From the NCBI GenBank assembly GCA_965215505.1, contig OZ244065.1, positions 3,232,001-3,296,000 of the forward strand: a stretch of 64,000 bases of DNA. The letters run 5' to 3'. Below the pieces are notes generated by a model that did not search any database, was not told the DNA's origin, and saw only the letters and a list, made by a program, of their open reading frames with translations. This DNA is from Capsulimonadaceae bacterium (GTDB lineage Bacteria > Armatimonadota > Armatimonadia > Armatimonadales > Capsulimonadaceae). Made by a program: the position numbers and the translations under genes. The number at the start of each line of letters is the position of its first letter. Position 1 is the first letter of the stretch. Below are positions 10,964 to 20,207 of this stretch, piece by piece.

Positions 10964-10981
10964 TTGTGAAAATAATCGCGA
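10964..10981. promoter_or_regulatory. Candidate Crp/Fnr- or Rex-type operator
   Basis: TTGTGA-AAATAA-TCGCGA resembles TGTGA-N6-TCACA; centred about 61 bp upstream of the predicted start site. Confidence 0.45.
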
Positions 10982-11055
10982 AGTCACGTTACCGCCCGGC
11001 GCGGGCTGGGTAGGACTACCGGTGAGGTTGTGCGGTGAGTCTGAATGAGGCGATC

Positions 11056-11877
11056 ATGCATACGAATGAACAGCGGCAAGACGGCGTTACCGTGGAGCGC
11101 CTGACCCACCCGGAGGCGTGCGAGGGGGATGAATGGCCCGCGCTGCCGACCCACTTCCTTTCGGTCAACCTCGCCCGCCCGGTCCAACTCGCCCAGCGGC
11201 GGGGTGCGCTGACGCGGGAACACCTGTTCCTGCCCGGAGAGTTCCTGCTGATGCCCGCCCACACGCCCAGCCGGTGGCAGTGCGCCGGGGCGACCGAAAC
11301 CCTCTTCCTCCGGGTGCGGCCACAAGCCCTGGAGCGGGTGGCGGCGGGCTGCGGCGTGGTGCCGGAGTCCGTCGAGTTACTTCCCACCTTCGGCACCCGC
11401 GATCCGCGCGTCTTCCAGATCGCCGAGACGCTGGAGGCGGAGATGCGCGGCGGCAGCCTGGGCGGGCGGCTGTACGCGGACACTTTGGCGATCCAGCTCT
11501 CCCTCCACCTGCTGCGCCGCTACTCGGCGCTTGCGTCCCCCGCCCCGGACGCCCCGGACCCTCTCCCCCGACCGGCCCTGCGCCGCGCCATCGAGTTCCT
11601 CCACGAACACATGGAGCGTGAGGTCACTCTCTCGGAACTCGCGGAAGCGGCGGGCCTGAGCGACGCCCACTTCGCGCGGCAGTTCAAGCGGTCGGTCGGG
11701 CTGGCCCCGCACCAATACCTGATCCACTGCCGCGTCGAGGCGGCCAAGGCCTTGCTGTCGTCCGGCGCGCTGCCCGTCGGCGAAGTCGCCCACCGTGTCG
11801 GCTTCGGCAGCCAGAGCCACCTGAGCCGCCACTTCAAGCGCCTCGTCGGCGTCACCCCCAAGCGATTCATGGGCTGA
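11056..11877 (+). CDS. AraC family transcriptional regulator
   Basis: C-terminal double HTH: LSELAEAAGLSDAHFARQFK...VGFGSQSHLSRHFKRLVGVTP. Confidence 0.92.
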   Translation: MHTNEQRQDGVTVERLTHPEACEGDEWPALPTHFLSVNLARPVQLAQRRGALTREHLFLPGEFLLMPAHTPSRWQCAGATETLFLRVRPQALERVAAGCGVVPESVELLPTFGTRDPRVFQIAETLEAEMRGGSLGGRLYADTLAIQLSLHLLRRYSALASPAPDAPDPLPRPALRRAIEFLHEHMEREVTLSELAEAAGLSDAHFARQFKRSVGLAPHQYLIHCRVEAAKALLSSGALPVGEVAHRVGFGSQSHLSRHFKRLVGVTPKRFMG

Positions 11878-11998
11878 AAAATTTCGCGGGTGAGCAGGAA
11901 CAGCCCCAAAAGCGCAGGAACGGTGTAGACGGCGCGGCGCGGAACCGCGCATACTCTTCGCCATCTCACGCACACCCGAAGACGAAGGAGAATCCCCG

Positions 11999-12424
11999 AT
12001 GAAGACCGACAGCCTGCGCCTTAATTCGCTTTCCCAAGACGCCTACGCCTGGTATCTGTCCTACCTCACCGCTCTGGACGCCAAGGACGTCGCGGGCTAC
12101 GGGGCATTCCTGGCGGAGAACTGCGTGATGCGGTTCAACAATGCCTCCGCCGTTGAAGGCAAGGCCGCCGTGCTGGACGGCCTCGGCCAGTACTGGCAGA
12201 CCTTCGGCACGCTGGAACACGACCTGCTCAACATCTACGGGACGGACGCGGCCTTCGCCCTGGAAGCCCTGAACCATTATACGCGCCTGGACGGCGGGCC
12301 GGTGACCCTGCGCGCCGTCGCCTTCACCGACCGGGACGCGCAGGGCCTGGTCACTTCGTTCCGGCTCTACACGGACACCGCGCCCCTGTTCGGCGGGGGG
12401 AACCAGGGAACCGGCGCGGCATGA
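11999..12424 (+). CDS. SnoaL-like/NTF2-fold protein
   Basis: YLTALDAKD...FLAENCVMRFNN...RLYTD pattern; AAGGAG RBS. Confidence 0.75.
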   Translation: MKTDSLRLNSLSQDAYAWYLSYLTALDAKDVAGYGAFLAENCVMRFNNASAVEGKAAVLDGLGQYWQTFGTLEHDLLNIYGTDAAFALEALNHYTRLDGGPVTLRAVAFTDRDAQGLVTSFRLYTDTAPLFGGGNQGTGAA

Positions 12425-12509
12425 CCAGGAACCCCGCCCCCATCCAGTGCGTTCAGAAAACAGGCGGCCCTTCAACCACAGGCCCGCCGCTTTAGAAACG
12501 AGACGCCCA

Positions 12510-14150
12510 ATGGCCGACCGCCCCGCCGACCGGCGGCGTGACCCCGATCCTGCCGAAGACACCACGAAAGACGGCCATCAGACCGAACACGACGCGCCCG
12601 ACCCGAACCGCTGGTTCATCCTGGTCGGTCTGGTCCTGTCGGTCATCATGGAGGCCCTGGACACCACCATCATCAACGTCGCCCTGCCGCAGATGGGCGG
12701 CAACCTGGGCGCGACGCCCAATGAGATCGGCTGGGTGTCTACGGGCTACATCCTGGCCGTCGTCACCGTCCTGCCGATCACCGCCTGGCTCGCCGCCCGG
12801 TTCGGGCGCAAGCGGTATCTGGTGACCTCGGTCCTGGTATTCATAGTGGCATCTTTCTTCTGCGGCACGAGTCACAGCCTGGGCCAGCTCGTCTTCTGGC
12901 GCGTCTTGCAGGGGGCCGGCGGCGCGGCCCTGCTCTCGACGGCCCAGGCGACCCTGCTGGAGATCTTCCCGCAGAGCCAGCAGGGCATGGTCCAGTCCAT
13001 CCTCGGGCTGGGCGTCGTGGTCGCGCCCGCCCTGGCCCCGATGCTGGGCGGCTGGCTGACCGACAACTACACCTGGCCCTGGGTGTTCTTCGTCAACCTG
13101 CCCATCGGGCTGGTCGCCGCCGTCATCGTGGTGACCTTCCTCAAGGACTCCAAGTTCGGCGGGGCAGGGGCGGCGGGCCGGGTGGACTGGGCCGGGATGG
13201 CCCTGCTGGCCGCCGGGCTGGCCTCCCTGCAATATGTTCTGGAGGAGGGGGAGCAGGACAACTGGTTCGCCAGCGTCCTGATCCTGCGTCTGGCGATCCT
13301 GTCCGCCGTCTGCCTGACCAGCCTGATCGCCTGGGAGCTGTCGCCCCGGAACTCCGCGCCCGTCATTGACCTGCGCGTCCTCAAAGACCGGAGCCTCGCG
13401 GGTGGGTCCCTGATCGGCATGGCGATGGGCTTCGGGCTGACCGGGGGCCTGTTCATCTTCCCGCTGTTCGTCCAGGGCATCCTGCACTTCACGCCCACCG
13501 AGACCGGCCTGGTCCTGCTGCCGGCGGGGCTTGCCATTGAGGTCGCCATCGTCGTCTGCGGGCTGACGCTCCAGAAGGGCATGGACCCGCGCCTCCTGAT
13601 TGCGGTCGGCATCGCGATCTTCATCTACGCCAACTGGGACCTGTCGCACCTGTCCAGCCTGAGCAGCGGCGCGAACACCATCCCCGGCCAGATCGAGCGC
13701 GGCCTGGGCATCGGCTTTCTGTTCATCCCCGTCACCGTCACGGCCTATGCCACTTTGAAGGGCGCGGCCATCGCGCAGGGGACGGCATTGTGGAACCTCT
13801 CGCTCCAGCTCGGCGGGTCGTTCGGCATCGCCGTCCTGAACACCTACGTCGTCAACATGACGCAGTTCCACCGGGCGAATCTGGTCACCAACCTTTACAG
13901 CGGCAGCCACGCCCTGGCCGACCGGCAGGCGGGCCTGACCCAGACCCTGACGGCGGGCGGCTACGGCTTGGCCCAGGCCAAATCCGGCGCGATGAGCCTG
14001 ATCGATCAGGCCGTCCAGGCCCAGGCGCAGACGCTGGCCTACAACAACGCCTTCCTGCTCATCGGCGTCGTGTTCATCCTCGTCTTCCCGGCCCTGTTCC
14101 TCTTGCAGAAGCCCAAGGGCGGCGGCCCACCGGCAGGGGCGGCGGTGTAA
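12510..14150 (+). CDS. DHA2 (EmrB/QacA) MFS efflux permease
   Basis: LDTTIINVALP, RFGRKR, WRVLQGAGG, WPWVFFVNLPIG; about 14 TM. Confidence 0.93.
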   Translation: MADRPADRRRDPDPAEDTTKDGHQTEHDAPDPNRWFILVGLVLSVIMEALDTTIINVALPQMGGNLGATPNEIGWVSTGYILAVVTVLPITAWLAARFGRKRYLVTSVLVFIVASFFCGTSHSLGQLVFWRVLQGAGGAALLSTAQATLLEIFPQSQQGMVQSILGLGVVVAPALAPMLGGWLTDNYTWPWVFFVNLPIGLVAAVIVVTFLKDSKFGGAGAAGRVDWAGMALLAAGLASLQYVLEEGEQDNWFASVLILRLAILSAVCLTSLIAWELSPRNSAPVIDLRVLKDRSLAGGSLIGMAMGFGLTGGLFIFPLFVQGILHFTPTETGLVLLPAGLAIEVAIVVCGLTLQKGMDPRLLIAVGIAIFIYANWDLSHLSSLSSGANTIPGQIERGLGIGFLFIPVTVTAYATLKGAAIAQGTALWNLSLQLGGSFGIAVLNTYVVNMTQFHRANLVTNLYSGSHALADRQAGLTQTLTAGGYGLAQAKSGAMSLIDQAVQAQAQTLAYNNAFLLIGVVFILVFPALFLLQKPKGGGPPAGAAV

Positions 14151-14174
14151 GCGGGGCAGCGAACTTATGACTGA

Positions 14175-14726
14175 CTACTGAGATTTTTTGTCCACGCGGC
14201 TGACCAGGACCAGGCCGACGACGAGCATCAGGATGCCGACGATGCTGACCAGCGTGCCCGCCGCGCTGTAGACGAACGGCAGCCCCATCTCGCCGGTCAG
14301 GGACGACTCGGCCCCGACCAGGAGCATCTTACGCACGATGGAGAGGATGGCGACGACCAGGAAGGCGCGGACGATGGCCCGGCTGCTGCGGTCGTGCAGG
14401 AAGATGACCGTCGTGTGCAGGACCTCCAGCAGGATGACCGCGAACAGGATGTTGCTGAGGAACTCGATGCTGCTGAGGATGAACAGGTCCACGGGGTGGC
14501 CGGCCGCCGCCGTCGTGGGCTGCGGGCGCAGGGCGGCGAGGGCATGCGGGAGTTGGGCGGCATAGGAGAAGCAGGCATACGCCAGCACCAGCACGGTCAC
14601 CAGGATCAGCAGAACGGCGACGGCGACGTGGGCCAGATCGCCCAGCAGGTTCAGCCCCCGCAGCGTGCCCACCGGGATGCTGCCCGCCTCCACCGGCGTC
14701 GTCTGCTCCTCCTCATAGTCTTCCAT
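14175..14726 (-). CDS. PsiE-like 4-TM membrane protein
   Basis: ILFAVILLEVLHT...FLVVAILSIVRKML. Confidence 0.7.
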   Translation of the reverse strand: MEDYEEEQTTPVEAGSIPVGTLRGLNLLGDLAHVAVAVLLILVTVLVLAYACFSYAAQLPHALAALRPQPTTAAAGHPVDLFILSSIEFLSNILFAVILLEVLHTTVIFLHDRSSRAIVRAFLVVAILSIVRKMLLVGAESSLTGEMGLPFVYSAAGTLVSIVGILMLVVGLVLVSRVDKKSQ

Positions 14727-14887
14727 GGAGGCAGTGTACCTGATGAAGCCCCGTCATCGATGCCTACGGCGGATCGGGCGCGTTGTCGGCCTGGGCGGCG
14801 GGCCGCAGGCGGGAGCGGCGATGGTGAGGAGGCAGGAGAATCGGGGGGCGGTGTGGAAACAGCGCGAGTAGAAACAGCGCGAGCAGT

Positions 14888-15238
14888 CCCCGGCCCTGAA
14901 GGGCCGGTCTCCTCCCGGCTTCGCCGGTGGGCCGCCCGCTTCGGGGCTTCCGAACAGGCGTCCGGCAGGAGCTAGCGGCGTGGCGGGAGGAGAGGGCGCG
15001 TTGGGAACAGGAAGGGCACGGCAAGCGGTGCCCCTACGCGGCCCGGCGGGCATCACGCGGCCCGGCGGGCATCACGCGGCCCGGCGGGCATCACGCGGCC
15101 CGGCGGGCATCACGCGGCCCGGCGGGCATCACGCGGCCCGGCGGGCATCACGCGGCCCGGCGGGCATCACGTTGTCCGAAGCTCCGAAGGGGCGGCCCAC
15201 CGGCGAAGCCGGGAGGAGACCGGCCCTTCAGGGCCGGG
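14888..15238. repeat. Element with about 68-bp inverted arms enclosing a REP-like hairpin and a 19-bp tandem repeat
   Basis: 'cccggccctgaagggccggtctcctcccggcttcgccggtgggccgccc' is inverted at about 15173-15238; arm core recurs near 45998-46025. Confidence 0.85.
15036..15171 (+). repeat. Perfect tandem repeat, 7 x 19 bp ACGCGGCCCGGCGGGCATC
   Basis: Counted directly; no spacers. Confidence 0.95.
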
Positions 15239-15294
15239 CACGCCCGAAACAGGCAAACCACATGTCACGCTGCTGTGACTTCCGAGGAAATCCA

Positions 15295-16779
15295 TTGCAG
15301 ACACCCAAGCAGCGCGAACGATTTACAAGACAGGGCCGCGCCATCTGGCAGCGACGGCCCACACTTCTTCTCTTACTCATCCTCTGGGCATCCCTAGCCG
15401 TCTGTCTCCTCCCCTCCCCCGCCCGTGCCGACACGCTGGGCGATGCCCTAGACCACATCCTGAGCATCCCTGCACTTAAAGGCGGCATCGTGGGTGCGGT
15501 CGTGTTGCGGGCGGGCGACGGCCAGGTCCTCTATGCCCGCGAGGCGGACCGGCGGCTGATGCCCGCCTCCAACCGCAAGCTGTTCACGTCAGCCGCCGCG
15601 CTGGAAGTGCTGGGGGACGGGTTCACCTTCAAGACGGAAGCCCTGGCGACATCCAAACCGGACACGGATGGGACTCTGCACGGCGACCTCTGTTTGCGCG
15701 GCGTGGGCGACTCGCTGCTGTCCCCGGACGACATGGAGGAAATGGCGAAGGAGGTCGCGGCGGCGGGGGTGAAGCGCGTCGAGGGCCGCATCATCGGCGA
15801 CGGCGGCTACTTCACGGGCAGCCCGTATGGGGAGGGCTGGTCGTGGGACGACCTGCCCTACTACTACGCCGCCCAGGTCGCCGGGCTGGAGGTCAGCCGG
15901 GGCGTTCTGGCCGTCCATGTGACGGCGGGGGCGGCCGTCGGCGACCCGGTGCGGGTGACCGTGGACCAGCCGACCGCGTACCTGCCCCTCGTCGTCACGG
16001 CGACGACCGGCGACAAGAGCGCCGCCAACGACTGCGACATATCGCGGCCCTCGGGCAAGAACCTGCTCGTGGTCACCGGCACGGTCCCCCTAGGCGGCAA
16101 GGCCGACGGGCTAGTCACAGTCGAGGACCCCGCGTGTTATGCCGCCACGGTCTTCAAGGAGACTCTGGCACGTCATGGAGTATCGGTGACCGGCCCGGCG
16201 GTGAATGGGGCGCAGCCCGAGGCGGCGACGGTCCTGCTCGGGTCTCATACCAGCGTCCCCCTGTCCCTCTACATCGCCCGGATGAACAAGCCGAGCGACA
16301 ACCTGCTGGCGGAAAGCCTGGTCCGCACTCTGGGCGCGGTCAAGGGCAAGGCGGGGACTTACGGCGCGGGGCACGCGGTCGAGACGAGCTTCTTCAAGTC
16401 GCTGGGCCTGGACACGGCGGCGATTGACCTGGTGGACGGGTCGGGCCTTTCCCGGTTCGACCTGGTCACGCCCCGCGCCGTCACCGACCTCCTGCGCGCC
16501 ATGCACGGCAAGCCGGACTGGTCGGCCTACTACGACTCGCTGCCGATCGCGGGTGTGGACGGCTCACTTCGGAACCGCATGAAGGGGACGCCGGCCGCCG
16601 GCAATGTCCACGCCAAGACCGGCTCTTTGGGCGGCGTCAGCAGCCTGTCCGGGTACGTCACCGGCACGGGGGGCGGGTTGTACACCTTCTCACTGCTCAT
16701 GAACAACTATCCCGGCAGCGAGGCCGACGTCCATGCGGCCCAGGACAGGTTCGCCGTCGCGCTGGCCTCGCTGCCGTAG
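15295..16779 (+). CDS. dacB: D-Ala-D-Ala carboxypeptidase/endopeptidase (PBP4, peptidase S13)
   Basis: PASNRK (SxxK), SDN, DGSGLSR, KTGSL; signal peptide; start uncertain (TTG 15295 with GAGG, or ATG 15262). Confidence 0.92.
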   Translation: MQTPKQRERFTRQGRAIWQRRPTLLLLLILWASLAVCLLPSPARADTLGDALDHILSIPALKGGIVGAVVLRAGDGQVLYAREADRRLMPASNRKLFTSAAALEVLGDGFTFKTEALATSKPDTDGTLHGDLCLRGVGDSLLSPDDMEEMAKEVAAAGVKRVEGRIIGDGGYFTGSPYGEGWSWDDLPYYYAAQVAGLEVSRGVLAVHVTAGAAVGDPVRVTVDQPTAYLPLVVTATTGDKSAANDCDISRPSGKNLLVVTGTVPLGGKADGLVTVEDPACYAATVFKETLARHGVSVTGPAVNGAQPEAATVLLGSHTSVPLSLYIARMNKPSDNLLAESLVRTLGAVKGKAGTYGAGHAVETSFFKSLGLDTAAIDLVDGSGLSRFDLVTPRAVTDLLRAMHGKPDWSAYYDSLPIAGVDGSLRNRMKGTPAAGNVHAKTGSLGGVSSLSGYVTGTGGGLYTFSLLMNNYPGSEADVHAAQDRFAVALASLP

Positions 16780-16856
16780 AGGGCAGGACGACGTAAAGGG
16801 CAGGACAACCGCCGCCTGGCGTCGAACAGGACGTCAATCAGACTTTTGGAGGCACC

Positions 16857-17690
16857 ATGCTGACACCCGAGCAGCGCGAGCAGTTTCTGGCCGAAGGCCA
16901 CATCGTCATCAAGGGCGCGTTCCCGCGCGAAGCCTCCCTACAATGGGTGCGCGAGGAGTGCGCGCGGGTCGGCTACGACGTGGACGACCCGCAGACCTGG
17001 CGCAAGGGGTATGAGCGGATGGACCTCGCCCGCCACGAGCCGCTGGCGAGCTACGCGCCCGCCGCGTGGTTGGCCTCGTGCGACCTGATGGGGGGCATAG
17101 ACCGGGTCAAGAACCGGCCCGCCATCTCGCTGTTCGCCATGAACTTCAAGCAGGGGGCCGACACCGCCTACCGGCCGCCGTCCGCCGGGTCGCCCGGCTG
17201 GCACAAGGACGGCTGGCATTTCCTGCACTTCCTGGACAGCCCGGAGCAGGGACTATTAGGCATCCCGCTGTTCACCGACGTTCTTCCGCAGGGCGGCGCG
17301 ACCTTCCTGGCCGTGGACTCCGTCCCGGTTGTCGCCCGCTACCTCGCCGCCCACCCTGAGGGCGTCGGCCCGGACGACTTCGACACCGCCTCCCTGCTGG
17401 CCGAGTGCCATGACTTCCGCGAGGCGACCGGCGAGGCGGGCGACGTGTACCTCCTGCACCCCTTCATGCTCCACGCCGTCGGCCAGAACGTCTTGCAGCG
17501 TCCCCGCGCCATCACGAACCTCTGCTACGAGTTGAACGCCCCGATGAACCTCAGCCGCCCGGACGGCGACTACTCCCCCGTCGAAGCCGCCGTCCTGCGC
17601 GGCCTGGGCGTAGACCACTACGACTTCCAGCCGACCAGGGAACGCTACCACACGCCCGACTACGGGCCGATGAACCAGGCGTATCGGTGA
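16857..17690 (+). CDS. Phytanoyl-CoA dioxygenase-family Fe(II)/2OG oxygenase
   Basis: MLTPEQREQFLAEGH, WHKD, GEAGDVYLLHPFMLH. Confidence 0.8.
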   Translation: MLTPEQREQFLAEGHIVIKGAFPREASLQWVREECARVGYDVDDPQTWRKGYERMDLARHEPLASYAPAAWLASCDLMGGIDRVKNRPAISLFAMNFKQGADTAYRPPSAGSPGWHKDGWHFLHFLDSPEQGLLGIPLFTDVLPQGGATFLAVDSVPVVARYLAAHPEGVGPDDFDTASLLAECHDFREATGEAGDVYLLHPFMLHAVGQNVLQRPRAITNLCYELNAPMNLSRPDGDYSPVEAAVLRGLGVDHYDFQPTRERYHTPDYGPMNQAYR

Positions 17691-17712
17691 GGGTCGCCCT
17701 CGGGCCAAACGG

Positions 17713-17748
17713 AAGCCGGGCATGGCTGTACAGCCATGCCCGGCTTTT
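17713..17748. terminator. Intrinsic terminator between convergent genes
   Basis: aagccgggcatggctg/cagccatgcccggctttt. Confidence 0.75.
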
Positions 17749-17768
17749 AGTTCGTGCCGAAGCATCTG

Positions 17769-18218
17769 CTAAGGAGTAGAACGACGCGGCCTCTTCAGAG
17801 TCAAGACCACATAGCCGTACTCCTGGCCTTCAACACCAGATGGGGCGCGGTGTTCGATGTCCTCCTCACGACCGAGTTTGCTGGTCCAAGCGCCTGTGAC
17901 AAGCTGCCTCGCGGCCTGGGTAGGCGATCCGTCCTCATCGGCGTACACGGCGATCTTCTCGACATCGGGTTCCAGGTCTACGTCGCCGCACGGCTCGGAG
18001 CCCAGCGTCCGGAATGCCTCGATGAACCTTTGCAGCGTGTTCCCGCGGGGGATGCTCGGCGGCCAGTAGGCGAAGGGGCTGGGGTCGGGCCACCACCATC
18101 TTCGGGTATCACCCGCCGCCCATGCGATGCAGTTATAGCGGGGCGTCTGTGGGCTGGTGACACTGTAACCCGTGAGGGCGAGTTCAGGGAAGCAGTCTTC
18201 CATGTCGGAAGACGTCAT
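17769..18218 (-). CDS. Hypothetical protein, possible papain-like fold
   Basis: YNCIAWA...EKIAVY...TQAARQ...WTSKLG; abuts the upstream gene. Confidence 0.65.
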   Translation of the reverse strand: MTSSDMEDCFPELALTGYSVTSPQTPRYNCIAWAAGDTRRWWWPDPSPFAYWPPSIPRGNTLQRFIEAFRTLGSEPCGDVDLEPDVEKIAVYADEDGSPTQAARQLVTGAWTSKLGREEDIEHRAPSGVEGQEYGYVVLTLKRPRRSTP

Positions 18219-18569
18219 CTAAAGGTAGCCATGTGCGCCGCCCCAAGATAGCCAATCGTCGGCCATTTCCTCTAAGTCACCGGCGTGGTCCTCGGGCACC
18301 GGATTCTCCCCCGTGATCGCCCCGAGCGCCCAGAACCAGTGGTCCGGCTCGCGGCGCAGCTCCTGAAAGATCAGCGGCAAGGCGGGTTCCCCCAGACCGA
18401 TGATCTGCCGATACGCCGGGTGCATGGCGATGGCGGTAACGGAAGGTCGCAGGGCTGTCTCCCGACGCCACCGGGCCGACAACTCCTGGAACTTCCGCCC
18501 CAAGGCGTCGGCCTCCTGGGTGTGCAGCGCGGACGAAACTTTTTCGGGGGCGGTAAGCGGAGCGGCCAT
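18219..18569 (-). CDS. Small hypothetical protein coupled to 17769-18218
   Basis: FQELSARWRRET...HPAYRQIIGLG...HWFWALGAITGENP; its stop abuts the next start. Confidence 0.7.
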   Translation of the reverse strand: MAAPLTAPEKVSSALHTQEADALGRKFQELSARWRRETALRPSVTAIAMHPAYRQIIGLGEPALPLIFQELRREPDHWFWALGAITGENPVPEDHAGDLEEMADDWLSWGGAHGYL

Positions 18570-18658
18570 GAGTTTATCTCTTCTGAACGGGCGCGGCGGC
18601 CCGCGCTGTCTTTGCTGTAACGGACTTTGCTGCACTCATTCTACCCGAACGCGAAAAG

Positions 18659-18695
18659 AAAAGCCCCGGCCTCCATGTGAGGTCGGGGCTTCTTT
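18659..18695. terminator. Intrinsic terminator after the PEP-CTERM gene
   Basis: aagccccggcctc/gaggtcggggctt hairpin with A/T tracts. Confidence 0.7.
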
Positions 18696-18714
18696 CGTTG
18701 TGCTGCCGCTGAAC

Positions 18715-19452
18715 TCAGCGCGCCGCGCCCGCCTTGCGTCGGCGGCTGATGGCGATGCCGCCCAGGCCCAGCAGGAGCAGCAGGCCCAGCGAAACGAAGG
18801 AGGAGGCTTCCGGGACGGGAGCGTTGAAGGTGGCACTAAAACCGGTGCTGTCATCATAAAAATTGCCGTTCGTGCCATAGCCGACCGCGAAATCCACGAT
18901 GTCCCCTTGCTTCAAGTTCAAGACGCTTGAAAAGGAAGGAGCACTGGTGGGAGCGTTGTAGGTGCCCGTCACCAGACCGCTGAACAGAGAAATGCCGTTG
19001 TCGAGGATATGAACGTCGGTCGTCGTGCCATCGGTCGTCACCGGAGTGAAGCCAACATTCAGGGTGTAAAGGCTGGCCGTCGGTGCCGTAAAGCGGACGA
19101 TGCTGAATTCGTCATTGGGACCGGGGTGAAACATCAATTGCCCCGGCTGGAGAACAATGTCGCGAAAATTATCCTGAGCGTTACTGAAGTTCTTCTGCAC
19201 GACAGGGACATCCAGCGAGATGTTTTGGTTCCAGCCTTTAGTGTTAGTCGTGGCTGTATACTGGTTGGTATAAAGGTTGAGCGTCGCGCCGAGGGTTGTT
19301 TCATACCCATAGCCCCAAACGCCGTTCGGGTTGTTCGTGGCGGAAAAGTCCTGGGCCGCGTTGAAGGCTTGAGCGGACGCGGAGCGCGGCGCAGAAAACC
19401 CGCCGACCGCGAGGAGTGCCAGCGCGAGGCCAGCAAAAGACTTAAACTGCAT
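18715..19452 (-). CDS. Secreted PEP-CTERM-like (PEAS variant) surface protein
   Basis: Signal peptide MQFKSFAGLAL...ASA; C-terminus VPEASSFVSLGLLLLLGLGG...RRRK. Confidence 0.85.
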   Translation of the reverse strand: MQFKSFAGLALALLAVGGFSAPRSASAQAFNAAQDFSATNNPNGVWGYGYETTLGATLNLYTNQYTATTNTKGWNQNISLDVPVVQKNFSNAQDNFRDIVLQPGQLMFHPGPNDEFSIVRFTAPTASLYTLNVGFTPVTTDGTTTDVHILDNGISLFSGLVTGTYNAPTSAPSFSSVLNLKQGDIVDFAVGYGTNGNFYDDSTGFSATFNAPVPEASSFVSLGLLLLLGLGGIAISRRRKAGAAR

Positions 19453-19577
19453 TGGGGTGTACCCTTTCGTGAAGTCGCGGCATGAGAACGATGGGAACGA
19501 CTCGGGACAGCAGGGTGGTCGGGTACAGCACGGTAGAACACGGCGAGGAAGTGCAATGCCGGTGGCAAAAGGACGCC

Positions 19578-19615
19578 GCAAGAAAAGTGTATCACTTTTC
19601 TTGCATGGATGTCAA
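19578..19615 (-). promoter_or_regulatory. Promoter with a perfect palindrome over the -10 element
   Basis: TTGACA N18 TACACT on minus; GCAAGAAAAGTG-N3-CACTTTTCTTGC at 19578-19604. Confidence 0.65.
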
Positions 19616-19658
19616 GCAGTCGTCAAGATACTTCGAGCAGCGGTGCGGGCAGGGTCGG

Positions 19659-19725
19659 CTAACTGGCCACCGGGACCGGCCTCCCCAGCACACGGGAGAC
19701 GCCGGGCTGGGTCATGGTGACGCCG
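19659..19725 (-). pseudogene. Diverged duplicate of the smc 3' end
   Basis: Encodes GVTMTQPGVSRVLGRPVPVAS* versus GVTMTQPGVSRVLGMQVPAAS* at 20637-20703. Confidence 0.9.
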
Positions 19726-19737
19726 CAGGACGGAGGC

Positions 19738-19767
19738 TTGACACTGCCGATTGAGAGTCAGTATACT
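19738..19767 (+). promoter_or_regulatory. Sigma70 promoter for the two-gene HEPN module
   Basis: TTGACA N18 TATACT. Confidence 0.7.
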
Positions 19768-19814
19768 CTCGGTGACAGTACCCACATAACTCTAGAGGTG
19801 GGAGAGGTTTAGCG

Positions 19815-20207
19815 ATGCCTTCAGTTGTAGCGCCGGAAGACATTCGATCTGATGCGGATGCATTCATGGAAGGGCCGAGTGTCTTTCTTGACCCCTCGGC
19901 ACTCAGCCTCCTGCCGGGTGACGTGACCGTCCTGACGCAGTTTGTTCAGTTCGTCCGCCGGGATGTTCTGCACGAGCAGATTCCGGCCAGTAGAATCGAG
20001 ATACGCGGTTCGGTTGACCCCGAAGACGATACCAGCCAGATCGTCGTCCGAGTATGGATACGCGGGCTGGCCGACGGCGAAGTCCGGCGTTATCACTATG
20101 ACCTTGGGGAGCGCGTGGATAATTGGACCGCGCACCTCCCGGAAGCACAAAGGCTGCACTTCATCTCGCGCATCAGCTTCCAGGCCCGACGGGAGACCAA
20201 TGCCTGA
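19815..20207 (+). CDS. Putative antitoxin partner of the HEPN gene
   Basis: 130 aa with DPED; overlaps the HEPN start; family not recognised firmly. Confidence 0.55.
   Translation: MPSVVAPEDIRSDADAFMEGPSVFLDPSALSLLPGDVTVLTQFVQFVRRDVLHEQIPASRIEIRGSVDPEDDTSQIVVRVWIRGLADGEVRRYHYDLGERVDNWTAHLPEAQRLHFISRISFQARRETNA

Noticed and set aside
15036-15171. CRISPR array
   Set aside because: Contiguous identical units with no spacers and no cas genes
14980-15294. Repeat-containing N-terminal extension of DacB
   Set aside because: Read-through of the VNTR; signal peptide and RBS point to a later start
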